From the IMG/VR virus record IMGVR_UViG_3300044233_005517: 64,000 bases of DNA; one strand, written 5' to 3'. Positions within the stretch are counted from its first letter, which is position 1, and every line of letters begins with the position of its first letter. Below the pieces are notes generated by a model. That model worked only from the letters and a program-made list of their open reading frames with translations, was not told where the DNA came from and did not search any database. Origin of the DNA: an uncultured virus (IMG/VR IMGVR_UViG_3300044233_005517) (lineage: Duplodnaviria; Heunggongvirae; Uroviricota; Caudoviricetes). Both the position numbers and the translations under genes were made by a program. This document shows, piece after piece, positions 42,758-52,138 of this stretch.

Positions 42758-43725
42758 AATTCTTTTTCCCATCTTTCAATCATTTCTTCAAGCATAGATT
42801 CAAATGTGTATTCAGGTGTCCATCCCAATATTTCACGAGCTTTAGAAGAGTCTCCCTTTAGGTATTTTAACTCTTCAGGTCTCATATATTTTGGATTTTG
42901 AACAATGTAATCTTCGTAATTCATTCCCAACTTGCTAAAAACTACCTCACATAAATCTCTAACAGAGTGTGTTTCTCCAGTTGCAACTATAAATTCATCT
43001 GCTACATCATGATTAAGAATCATGTGCATTGCACGAACATAGTCTTTAGAGTGACCCCAGTCTCTATAAGAGTCCATATTTCCAAGTTCTAATTTTTCTT
43101 GAAGACCCTTTTTGATTGCTACAGCTCCTTTTACAACCTTATTTGTTACAAAATTTGAACCTCTTCGTGGAGACTCATGATTAAACAAAATTCCATTACA
43201 GGCATGAAGCTTATATGCATGACGATAATGTCGAACCAAGTTGTATCCCATTACCTTTGCACATCCGTAAGGACTAACTGGATTCATTGGAGTTGTTAAT
43301 CTTTGAATACCATCATCGTCTACAGAGTTTCCAAACATTTCAGATGAACTAGCTTGATAGAATTTAGACGAAGGGCAAATAGTTCGATAAACTTCTAACA
43401 TATGAAGAACACCAAGAGCGTTTGTCTGGATTGTAAAGGAGGGCATGTCAAAGCTGATGCGAACATGGCTCATTGCACCAAGATTATAGATTTCATCTGG
43501 TTGAACTTCGGAAACTATTTTTACAAGTGAAGGATAGTCTAGTAAATCTCCATAATGTGTTTTTACGTTATCTAAATTATTAAGCTTATCAAGCCTGTAA
43601 TTTTGGTTTTCTGCCACAGAATGTCGTCGTACAATACCATGTACCTCATACCCTTTTGAGGTCAAAAGTTCAGTTAGATAGCTGCCATCCTGACCGGCAA
43701 TACCAGTAATAAGCGCTTTTTTCAT
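42754..43725 (-). CDS. gmd: GDP-mannose 4,6-dehydratase
   Basis: ALITGIAGQDGSYL...PDEIYNLGAMSHV..SF...FYQASSSEMFG...SPYG.AK...GILFNHESPRRG..FVT.K...RDWGH. Confidence 0.95.
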   Translation of the reverse strand: MKKALITGIAGQDGSYLTELLTSKGYEVHGIVRRHSVAENQNYRLDKLNNLDNVKTHYGDLLDYPSLVKIVSEVQPDEIYNLGAMSHVRISFDMPSFTIQTNALGVLHMLEVYRTICPSSKFYQASSSEMFGNSVDDDGIQRLTTPMNPVSPYGCAKVMGYNLVRHYRHAYKLHACNGILFNHESPRRGSNFVTNKVVKGAVAIKKGLQEKLELGNMDSYRDWGHSKDYVRAMHMILNHDVADEFIVATGETHSVRDLCEVVFSKLGMNYEDYIVQNPKYMRPEELKYLKGDSSKAREILGWTPEYTFESMLEEMIERWEKEL

Positions 43726-44351
43726 TAAAAATTCCCCTTAAATATTTTCATATTGGTTAAATCTGGCCAGTCATTTATCATCCACTTTCTTGGCTCTGAT
43801 GTAATTGCTTTTGGTAGTTTATCTAAACCCAATTGAGCAGTTTCTGGTGTCATGTAATAATGATAGCCGAATGTTTCTATATCTTGTTCTCTCCAAGGTA
43901 CATTTGGTATTCTACCATCATATGACATCTTTTTTAAACTTAAAAATGTGTCTTCACTATCGGTTAAAATAATGCCACCCCTGCCCAAGCTTAAATGTTT
44001 TCTGAATTGGAAACTAACGCTCATCAAGGTTCCCTTAATATAAGAATTTTTTTGCCATAAGACAGCTGCATCTATTACTTTATTCGTCAAATAATAGTAA
44101 TCTTGCCAACTTTCATCTTTCCATTCCATTTCTAAATTCATTTTTTTTGACAAAAAAGGAATAGATATGTAAGTTCTTTTAGGGACAAATATTTTTTTAG
44201 CTTTTGTATAGGCTAAACTTAATTCTATGCCATGCGTACAACAATCAACAGCAACTGCGTAGGGTGAGCCAAAGAAAGATGCTATTTCATTTTCAAACTT
44301 TTCAACAACATCAAAGCTCATTTCATAACCCATGTTAATCTTCATCTTCAA
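43725..44351 (-). CDS. DegT/DnrJ/EryC1/StrS-family PLP aminotransferase, short form
   Basis: FE..IA...G..YAVAVDCCT.G...DAA...SFQFRKHL..G.GG...GYHY.M; only about 200 aa. Confidence 0.8.
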   Translation of the reverse strand: MKMKINMGYEMSFDVVEKFENEIASFFGSPYAVAVDCCTHGIELSLAYTKAKKIFVPKRTYISIPFLSKKMNLEMEWKDESWQDYYYLTNKVIDAAVLWQKNSYIKGTLMSVSFQFRKHLSLGRGGIILTDSEDTFLSLKKMSYDGRIPNVPWREQDIETFGYHYYMTPETAQLGLDKLPKAITSEPRKWMINDWPDLTNMKIFKGNF

Positions 44352-44757
44352 TAAACTCCTTGTCTAGAACTTGACCATAGTAAGGTCCTGTTTTATATTC
44401 ATAAACTTGCGTATTGTCTTCCAAAATTTTATAATTGTGACCTCCTTGAAATGTGATTGAGGCGTCTCCTTTTTCCAGATAGTCAACATGAACTATTTGA
44501 TCATCTATATCATACAAAAATACTTTTACTTTTCCATCTAAAACAACCCAAGACTCTTGTGCAATTACTTGAGGTTCACCTTTTTTCCATATATGTTTAT
44601 GAGGTCGGAAAGTCTTACCTTTATTCATGTTAAGGCAGGCTAATTGAAGATATTCAGTGTCCGGGCACACATCAACTCTTTGCTCTTCTCTACTGTTTCT
44701 AACAATTATATGAAGTAATATATTTTTGTTCACCTGTGAATATATCTTATTAATCAC
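44335..44757 (-). CDS. Cupin-fold (WbuC-like) protein
   Basis: PHKH...QESWVV..G...GGH....E.KTGPY. Confidence 0.75.
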   Translation of the reverse strand: MINKIYSQVNKNILLHIIVRNSREEQRVDVCPDTEYLQLACLNMNKGKTFRPHKHIWKKGEPQVIAQESWVVLDGKVKVFLYDIDDQIVHVDYLEKGDASITFQGGHNYKILEDNTQVYEYKTGPYYGQVLDKEFIEDED

Positions 44758-45451
44758 AAGAAATTTCCTCCTGTAATATAGACTTTCTGAAACATTTTAA
44801 ATTAGAAATTGGACTACAATTAACTACCTCAATATCTGCTTGGGCTGCCTTATAAGCAAACATGTTCCACGTTGGCATGTGAAAAGATAATCCAGCAGGA
44901 ACATTATATTCATCGCCCTTTTGTTGATAATCGTCAAACCAATAATTAGGGTTTTTATCTGGGGTTTTTTCCATAACCAATCCACCTGGTCCATCTTTTT
45001 TGCATCCATCAACAAATTCCACATAATTGCAATCAACACCAAGAAGAATTATTTTTTTATATCCCAAACAAACTGCTACAGAACATGCATTAGCACCTGA
45101 ATTTCCATTATCACTAAAAGAAGAAAAGTCTTCTTTTTTAGAGTTCCAACGGCTTATTTTACCAAATGGTTGCAAATTAACATGTTGCATGTTAGGGGAA
45201 TCAGTTATAGGGGAGATATAAAATCCTTTTTTGATTTTTCCGCTTTCTACAAGCTTAATAAAATTAGACTTATGACTTTCAGTTACTCGATAATCGAAAC
45301 ATCCATGATATGTTGGATACCAATCTAGTCTATCATATGCTCGATAAGCCGAATTTAAGCCAAAAGTATCAAAACCTTTTAAAGTTTTAAAATCAACATC
45401 AGCTAATGATGGTCCATTACCCATAACAATTATAGTCTCTTTATTATTCAT
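44750..45451 (-). CDS. GT42 (Cst-II)/Maf(DUF115)-like ulosonate transferase
   Basis: IIVMGNGPSL..VDF..L...DTFGLN...NSG...A..LGYKKIILLGVD. Confidence 0.7.
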   Translation of the reverse strand: MNNKETIIVMGNGPSLADVDFKTLKGFDTFGLNSAYRAYDRLDWYPTYHGCFDYRVTESHKSNFIKLVESGKIKKGFYISPITDSPNMQHVNLQPFGKISRWNSKKEDFSSFSDNGNSGANACSVAVCLGYKKIILLGVDCNYVEFVDGCKKDGPGGLVMEKTPDKNPNYWFDDYQQKGDEYNVPAGLSFHMPTWNMFAYKAAQADIEVVNCSPISNLKCFRKSILQEEISCD

Positions 45452-46295
45452 AATAACTCCAGAAATTAGAAGCTCTGTTGTTCATATATTCCAAACAGGC
45501 TTGATTATCTGAAAACCAATCCTCATTTTTATGTTGAACCAGGTCATTTAAAATTAACTCACAGCCCAACAACTTTGCTTCAATAACAAGGCGCGGGCAC
45601 GTATCAGCACCATCTGGCAAAAATATAAGTCCTTTTGAAGTTGAAAGTTTTATCAAAAGCTCGTGATATGGTAATTTTTGAACTACTTCATATTTTAAAT
45701 TATTTTCTTTTGCATAATTCAAACAAGAATCAAATCCTTTGACCCAAGAGTTTGACTTAACTATCAAGTATTTATCGTCTTTCTCGTTGTCTTTAATAGA
45801 GTTAATAAATCTTAAATCTCCATCTGAAAAAACTGAACTTAAGACTTCTGTCTTCTCCTGTTTTATAGTTTTTACATTTTTGAAAAATATCTCTCTTTGA
45901 GTATTACTCATAAACCAAATTTTTTTTGCAAGACCATAAAAAGCTAAATTTATTTTGTTAGAAGGTAAATCCTTGCAATTGCACTCTATACCTTCTTTAA
46001 TTTTGTGAAGTTCAATAGAGCGATACTTACAAAATTTATAATCATATTCGATAATAGAATATTGAATATTTTTACAAATGTTTAGCTTATTACTTTCACT
46101 TAAATTACTAAAATTACAAATAATCCAATGATGATCTTTAAGTTCATCAATTTTATTTAATGTAACCTCATGTGATTTAATTTTGATAATGTCGCTTTGA
46201 TTTGAAAATTTTTTTATTATTGCATCTGTTGTAAGTTCTGCTCCACCGACATAATCTTCAGAAAATAGGTCAGAAACAAAAACATAGGAACTCAT
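45444..46295 (-). CDS. GT-B fold glycosyltransferase-like protein
   Basis: D.F..DY.GGAEL...KG...DTCPRLVIEAKLLGC. Confidence 0.7.
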   Translation of the reverse strand: MSSYVFVSDLFSEDYVGGAELTTDAIIKKFSNQSDIIKIKSHEVTLNKIDELKDHHWIICNFSNLSESNKLNICKNIQYSIIEYDYKFCKYRSIELHKIKEGIECNCKDLPSNKINLAFYGLAKKIWFMSNTQREIFFKNVKTIKQEKTEVLSSVFSDGDLRFINSIKDNEKDDKYLIVKSNSWVKGFDSCLNYAKENNLKYEVVQKLPYHELLIKLSTSKGLIFLPDGADTCPRLVIEAKLLGCELILNDLVQHKNEDWFSDNQACLEYMNNRASNFWSYYE

Positions 46296-47548
46296 AGCAA
46301 GCCTTCAAGAAGCTCATCAACATCAGATTCAAATTGCTCTATATCGTGACCAGCAATAACTTTTACAAACTTCTTCATTTGATTTTCTTCAGAAAATACT
46401 TCGTTAACATATTTCTTTAATTTAGTAGAGCGAGCTTTTACTGTCTTATAATTGTTTACAACTGACTTTAATGATTTTTTGTAATCCCACTCTCTTGCAA
46501 ATGCCCAATGGCTATCTGGCTGAATTACAGTATCCCATACGGCTTCTTTTTGAACTTGTCTTATATCAAAAGAAACAGTTTCAAACATGGCTTTTAACTT
46601 TGGCTTACCATTCTTTTGTTTAACGGGCATATATAAAAAGTCAAGCTGTCCACCCCAGTTTGTAGACAAAACAGGCAAACCATTATAAGCAGCCTCAAAC
46701 ATAGGTAAACCAAAGCCTTCTCCATGAGCAATGTTAACCAGGCACTTAATCTTTGAATGGTTATATAATCCAGACATTTCTTCTTCTGACATATCTCCAT
46801 GCAATAAATGGACGCTGCATTTTCTATCCTCATATGGAGAAAGCAATTGTTTCAATCTATTTTTTGCAGCCTCTCTATCTCTTATTGAGTTTTTTGCCAA
46901 TGATGTCTTAACAACTAAACCAACTTCTTCATCCTTAAATTGCTCTACAAACCATTTAATTGTATTTTCTAGATTTTTACGTGGAATCCAAGTTGCAACT
47001 GTAAGAAAATTAAAATCATGCTTCAAGTCTAGTTTTAATTTTTTAGGTTTAATATTTTTTACAGGAAAATTTACAACTTCAACCGGACATGTTGTTCTAG
47101 CCATAAATTTTTGACCAGTGTTATTTACAACTGCTTCATATTCAGTATTGTCAAAACCGTATTTAGAATGCTCTGAAACAACTACAATCTTATCCATGAG
47201 TAGAGATTTTTCAACCCATTGTGGTGAGATTTTTGTTGTTTCAATTCCGGCAGTTACACCGATATTAACTGGAGCTAATTTTTCCCATTCGCCAGGAATT
47301 GTGACTTGGGCAGAAATATCAAATTGACCTCCTGATTGTGCGTAGGGGATTGTTTTCGCTAACAAAGAATCAATCCAAGCTCTTTCTTCATCATCTTTCC
47401 AGATCCAAGAAGTGCTTCCCCAATTAATATTGATAAGATATATATCAAAATATGATTCTTGGCTTCTTAAAGACCTTAAAAGAAACCTCGTGTGTTCTCC
47501 GTATCCGCTTTGTGAAAGAGCTGGTCCTCTTACTAAAATCTTTTTCAT
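46292..47548 (-). CDS. GT4 glycosyltransferase
   Basis: SGYG...RKNL...GEGFGLPMFEAA..GLPV; start set at the ATGA overlap (MKKILVRGP). Confidence 0.9.
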   Translation of the reverse strand: MKKILVRGPALSQSGYGEHTRFLLRSLRSQESYFDIYLININWGSTSWIWKDDEERAWIDSLLAKTIPYAQSGGQFDISAQVTIPGEWEKLAPVNIGVTAGIETTKISPQWVEKSLLMDKIVVVSEHSKYGFDNTEYEAVVNNTGQKFMARTTCPVEVVNFPVKNIKPKKLKLDLKHDFNFLTVATWIPRKNLENTIKWFVEQFKDEEVGLVVKTSLAKNSIRDREAAKNRLKQLLSPYEDRKCSVHLLHGDMSEEEMSGLYNHSKIKCLVNIAHGEGFGLPMFEAAYNGLPVLSTNWGGQLDFLYMPVKQKNGKPKLKAMFETVSFDIRQVQKEAVWDTVIQPDSHWAFAREWDYKKSLKSVVNNYKTVKARSTKLKKYVNEVFSEENQMKKFVKVIAGHDIEQFESDVDELLEGLL

Positions 47549-48876
47549 ACTTCTGTCATCTCCCAAGAATTGTATCCTTTTCTAGTGTCCCATGAACCAA
47601 ACTTTTCATGGACTTCAGTCATAATCTCTTCCCATCTTTTAATGTAAAGGTCAAAAGAATAATTTTCTAAAACATATTCCCTACCATTCGCTCCAAGCTC
47701 TTCTCTCTTTTCTTTTCCATACTCATACATTTTCATCAATGAGTTTACTACCTGTTCATCAGAAACCCTATCTTCATAGATATATGGAACTTGTTGAGAA
47801 CCAATAATCGCTTTTGAGGCAGGTTCTAGTCCAATTCCTCTTTCAGTTTCTATGATTTTTCCTTTAAACTCATCATTTCTCTTCACAATAGCTTCATGAG
47901 AAACCTCATCAATATTAGATACTTGCTCTTGAAGACCCCCGGTCATTGTTGTAATAATTGGGGTTCCGCAAGCCATAGATTCAAATGTATAAAGACCAAA
48001 ACCCTCTGCATCAGAAACTGTAATACAGGTGTCAGCTGCGTTATAGAGCATTGCTAAATCTTGTGGGCTAATCTTATCTTTTGAAAAAAGTATATTTTTA
48101 TTAGGAGCCAAATTTAATTTGTTGGCAATAGCATATAAATCTTGACCATTTGGATCATTTGGCTCGGTGTGCATTAATAAAGTGGAGTTTCTGTGTCCAT
48201 ATTTTTCCTCAAGCTTATCAAGAAATTGCTTAAACCAAAACATTAAAGAACCACTTTGTTTTCTTCTTGCGTTTCTGTTTGTCCAAAAAATAAAAAAGTT
48301 ATCATCATCAATTTTCAGTTGTTGTTTTCTAAAATTGTTTACTGTACTTTTATCTATAGTGTTAAAGATATCTGTTGGCACTGCATGAGGAACATAAGCC
48401 TCATTAACTGTTGGAGATACGGTTCTAACAATATTAGAGGTCAGTTTTGAAATAGATGCAATATAATCATTAGAATCATACCAGACTTTATTAAAATCAG
48501 GATACGGAAAATTATCCCAAACATGATAATAAACCATTGGAACAAGTGAACGAATTTCGTTTTCAATTTCCCACAGCCAGCCATAAAATCTTGGGTCGGT
48601 CATAAACCATAAGACATCTGGTTTCCAATTTCTCAAAATAGAGCGAACCATATCTTGATTTCCATATCCATCTACTGGTTGTATAATCCAATCGTCTTTA
48701 AATTCTTCTGTTTTGATTATATTATAGTCTGCGTGTTTAATTGCTCCGCCCAAGCTATAAACCTGAAACTTTCCTGTGTTGAGCAGACCAGTAATAAAAT
48801 ATTTTGTTTGTGTTCCTACACCGGATGGTGATAGCGGGTGATCTGATAATGTAAGAATCTTAATCTTTTTATCCAT
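47545..48876 (-). CDS. GT4 glycosyltransferase
   Basis: SGVG...VPHAV...NRNARRK...LYNAAD...AEGFGL...ESMACGTP. Confidence 0.9.
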   Translation of the reverse strand: MDKKIKILTLSDHPLSPSGVGTQTKYFITGLLNTGKFQVYSLGGAIKHADYNIIKTEEFKDDWIIQPVDGYGNQDMVRSILRNWKPDVLWFMTDPRFYGWLWEIENEIRSLVPMVYYHVWDNFPYPDFNKVWYDSNDYIASISKLTSNIVRTVSPTVNEAYVPHAVPTDIFNTIDKSTVNNFRKQQLKIDDDNFFIFWTNRNARRKQSGSLMFWFKQFLDKLEEKYGHRNSTLLMHTEPNDPNGQDLYAIANKLNLAPNKNILFSKDKISPQDLAMLYNAADTCITVSDAEGFGLYTFESMACGTPIITTMTGGLQEQVSNIDEVSHEAIVKRNDEFKGKIIETERGIGLEPASKAIIGSQQVPYIYEDRVSDEQVVNSLMKMYEYGKEKREELGANGREYVLENYSFDLYIKRWEEIMTEVHEKFGSWDTRKGYNSWEMTEV

Positions 48877-48883
48877 TTATTCC

Positions 48884-49645
48884 TCATGGGCAATGTTCCG
48901 TTCCACGAAATTCACATTTGCCACAATTTAACTTATTTTTAGGATGATTTCCTTTATGGATATTATATACCGCTTTGTTTAAAATATTTAAGGCATTTTT
49001 TATTTTTTTCTCACCTGAAGAAACTCTAAAGATTTCAACGTGATTCTTTTTAGCAGTACGCTTAAGGAGACCAAAATAAGTTTCTATCTTTTTTGGATCA
49101 ATGTTGTGTTTTTTAGAAAAAAAGTTTTTGTAGTAAGTTAGCTGATAAGTAATAATCTTGTCAGTTTTCTTTTTGATATCCCAACCCCAAGAGCACGACT
49201 TCCAATCGATGATATGATATTTGTCGTCTGGAGTTTTTACGACAAGATCAACATATCCTTTAAAGTTGCAGTCAATTTCATCTTCTATTTTTTCATATAG
49301 CTGTTCTTCGCAAGAAACAAGAGACCAACCAGGAAATGTAGCATCCAAAGATTCAATGACCATAGAAGCAAGATTTACTCCCTGCTCCTTCATTTCTTCA
49401 ACCATCTTTTGTCTGCTATCTTGGACTTGGATCTTATTAATCTCTTCTGAAAAAGATTCTAAAAAAATTTTTTTATAGTCAACTGTTTTATCTTTAGTTA
49501 ACTCTTCACAGACCAAATGTAAAGAAGTCCCAAAGGCAGTATATTCATTGCCTTCAAAGATCTTTATTTTGTCTATGTAAGTTAGTTTGTGATAAAAAGG
49601 GCAGAAATCCCAGTTTTTGAATTCGCTATATGATATATGAGTCAT
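48884..49645 (-). CDS. PD-(D/E)XK (RecB/Cas4-like) nuclease with Fe-S cysteines
   Basis: ISYS....FCP...GTSLH...E...GYVDL...IIDWKS...QL..Y...CGKCEF...CP. Confidence 0.88.
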   Translation of the reverse strand: MTHISYSEFKNWDFCPFYHKLTYIDKIKIFEGNEYTAFGTSLHLVCEELTKDKTVDYKKIFLESFSEEINKIQVQDSRQKMVEEMKEQGVNLASMVIESLDATFPGWSLVSCEEQLYEKIEDEIDCNFKGYVDLVVKTPDDKYHIIDWKSCSWGWDIKKKTDKIITYQLTYYKNFFSKKHNIDPKKIETYFGLLKRTAKKNHVEIFRVSSGEKKIKNALNILNKAVYNIHKGNHPKNKLNCGKCEFRGTEHCP

Positions 49646-49986
49646 TTTTCAACCGTATTTTCGGTTGATTCTATCACATCTTTTTCTTGCTTGTCAAGGT
49701 TATAGTTATTTATTTTTTTTGATTGTTTCTTTTTGATAATTTGCTTTTTTTCTTTAGTAAAAACAAATATTCCAGATGTAGAAGTGAATTTATTATCTAG
49801 TCTCTGAACTGATGTTTCTTTATGAAGGGTATATCCTGTATATCCTTTTTCTTTTAAAACTTTATATGCGGCACTACAATCAAATACTTCTCTTAAAATT
49901 GTTGGTTCCCTTCTTTTGTTTCTATAAGGAGATAAAGTAACTTTTACAATTATTTTGTCTCCGTCATTTTCAAGATTAATATTCAT
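49642..49986 (-). CDS. Hypothetical protein
   Basis: 114-aa ORF overlapping both neighbours. Confidence 0.55.
   Translation of the reverse strand: MNINLENDGDKIIVKVTLSPYRNKRREPTILREVFDCSAAYKVLKEKGYTGYTLHKETSVQRLDNKFTSTSGIFVFTKEKKQIIKKKQSKKINNYNLDKQEKDVIESTENTVEK
49668..49697 (-). promoter_or_regulatory. sigma70-type promoter TTGACA-N18-TAGAAT upstream of the nuclease gene
   Basis: Read directly; TG immediately upstream of the -10 (extended -10). Confidence 0.6.
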
Positions 49987-50668
49987 TACTTAATTTCTCC
50001 TCAATCTGTTTAATTTTAGAATATAAAACTGGCGATATTTCATCTATATAACTATTATCATTAGTTAAATAATCCAACATGCCAGATGCAAAATATTCTC
50101 TTATTGTTGTTATCGAATAAGGAGAAAGAAACAATCCAGCAGTCAATAAAGATATTTTATCATATCCAACAACTTTATATAAAAAATTATCAAACTCTTT
50201 TAACATATCATCAGAGAAAAATAATTCTAAATCAATATCATATCCTTCATTTTTTAAAAGGTGAAATAACCTATTTTTTTTAGAATTATATTCTCTTTCT
50301 AATTTTCCATCACCATAAATTTGTGATTGATATTTTTCTTCTAAAAGATGAGCTATCTCATGAATAATGTTTTCAACTACAAGAGGTTCAGTAATTACAT
50401 TTTTTACATTATTAGAAGAGATCCATATAGCATCATCTTTTAACATTGATTGAATATCTCTTCTATTTAGATCTTTAAAATCACCAATATATATTGTTTC
50501 TAATCCATCTAAATATTTTTTATTTATAATATCTTTAACAGAATCTAATATGTTATTAATCTTTATATTAGAAGGAAATTTATTTATAACATATACAGGC
50601 ACATTGAATAACATATATTCATTTCTGTCTTGTGCTTTTTTGTTAGATTCTTTAATATAATCTATCAT
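49976..50668 (-). CDS. Putative zincin metallopeptidase
   Basis: IIHEIAHLLE plus downstream REYFA. Confidence 0.65.
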   Translation of the reverse strand: MIDYIKESNKKAQDRNEYMLFNVPVYVINKFPSNIKINNILDSVKDIINKKYLDGLETIYIGDFKDLNRRDIQSMLKDDAIWISSNNVKNVITEPLVVENIIHEIAHLLEEKYQSQIYGDGKLEREYNSKKNRLFHLLKNEGYDIDLELFFSDDMLKEFDNFLYKVVGYDKISLLTAGLFLSPYSITTIREYFASGMLDYLTNDNSYIDEISPVLYSKIKQIEEKLSNEY

Positions 50669-50728
50669 ATCAATAATATAATAATATTAATATCACATTT
50701 TTGCGATCAAATCAAGGAAAAAATTTGA

Positions 50729-52051
50729 TCATAAAACTTTTGCTGATATCGTTGCGACTTTGGATCTTTCTCCCTTAAGGAAAGTTATGTGACCTGAAAT
50801 GTCAAACTCTTTAAGTTTTTCAATAACATAAGCCAAGCCGTTAGAGTTCTCGTTCAGGTTAACATTGTCGATTTGTTCTACATCACCTGTTAAAATTATT
50901 TTACTTCCTTCTCCAACGCGAGTCAAGATTGTTTTGACTTCATGACGTGTTAAATTTTGACATTCATCAATTATTATGAAAGCATTTTGAATACTACGAC
51001 CACGAATATATGTGAGAGCTTCTACTTCGATGATCCTTTTTTCCATATAAGATTCCAGCATAAGATCATCATTTCCAAATAAAAACCTTAAGTTATCTTG
51101 CACAGGAGCTAACCAGACAGCCATTTTCTCTTCCATTGTTCCAGGAAGATATCCAATGTCTTTACCCATGGGCATAACAGGTCTTGAAACAATCAATCTA
51201 TTATATTTTGGATCTTGTCCAATAACCTGCTCTAATCCAGAAGCAATAGCGCATAATGTTTTACCAGAGCCAGCTTTACCAATTAAAGATACAACAGGAA
51301 TATCATTATCATAAAGAAGATCCATTGCAAAGTTTTGTTCTTTATTTTTTGGACCAATTCCCCATGATTCCCCAGCTTTATGATCTCTCACTTTTTTAAA
51401 TGGCTCATGTTCATTAATAAATCTTGTGAGTGCGGTTTTCTTTTCATTTGCCGAAGAAACCATCATAACAAATTGATTTGAATATAATTCTTTATTCTCG
51501 GTTAAGTCGTCTAAATATATCTCTTCTCCTTCATATATTCTATCAATTATTTGATCATCTACAAGCATATCAGAAAAGCCAGAATACAATTCGTTTCCAT
51601 TTTCAATGACATTTTCAGGTAAATAATCTTCAGCAGCAACACCAATTGCATCACATTTTATTCTTAAGTTGATGTCATTACTTACTAAAACAACCTTTCT
51701 ATTTGGGTTTTCGTTTTTTAAGGTTAATGCAGAAGCAATAATTTGATGGTCGGGTATTGATGGATCATACCCTATTGGCAACTCATCTAAATTTGGAGAA
51801 ACTGAAAAAGCAATACCTTTTCCTTTTTCTATTCTAACACCTTTATGAAGTAATCCTTTTTCACGAAGACCATCTAAAATTCTAATAGTCTGCCTTGCAT
51901 TAATCCCAACTCCATTGGGTCGTTTTTTGTGTCTGTCAATCTCTTCTAATACGATTAAAGGGATTGCGATGTCATTATTTCCATAAGAATAGAAGACTCT
52001 AAAGTCTGTTAAATACACGCTGGTATCAAGTACATATATTTTTTTTGCCAT
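50729..52051 (-). CDS. phoH: PIN-domain PhoH family ATPase (PhoH2/YlaK type)
   Basis: YVLDTSV (PIN)...GKAGSGKT...IGYLPG...YIRGRS...IIDECQN...GD..QID. Confidence 0.93.
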   Translation of the reverse strand: MAKKIYVLDTSVYLTDFRVFYSYGNNDIAIPLIVLEEIDRHKKRPNGVGINARQTIRILDGLREKGLLHKGVRIEKGKGIAFSVSPNLDELPIGYDPSIPDHQIIASALTLKNENPNRKVVLVSNDINLRIKCDAIGVAAEDYLPENVIENGNELYSGFSDMLVDDQIIDRIYEGEEIYLDDLTENKELYSNQFVMMVSSANEKKTALTRFINEHEPFKKVRDHKAGESWGIGPKNKEQNFAMDLLYDNDIPVVSLIGKAGSGKTLCAIASGLEQVIGQDPKYNRLIVSRPVMPMGKDIGYLPGTMEEKMAVWLAPVQDNLRFLFGNDDLMLESYMEKRIIEVEALTYIRGRSIQNAFIIIDECQNLTRHEVKTILTRVGEGSKIILTGDVEQIDNVNLNENSNGLAYVIEKLKEFDISGHITFLKGERSKVATISAKVL

Positions 52052-52138
52052 AAACCACCTATGTTATGATTTGATTCATTAGTAAATAGATTGGACTTTT
52101 AATATTTCACCCCGTAGTTAGATATAGAGGGCGAACCT

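Noticed and set aside
48884..49645. Cas4-like nuclease as part of a CRISPR-Cas system
   Set aside because: No repeat-spacer array or other cas gene seen in the window; stand-alone PD-(D/E)XK nucleases are common in phages
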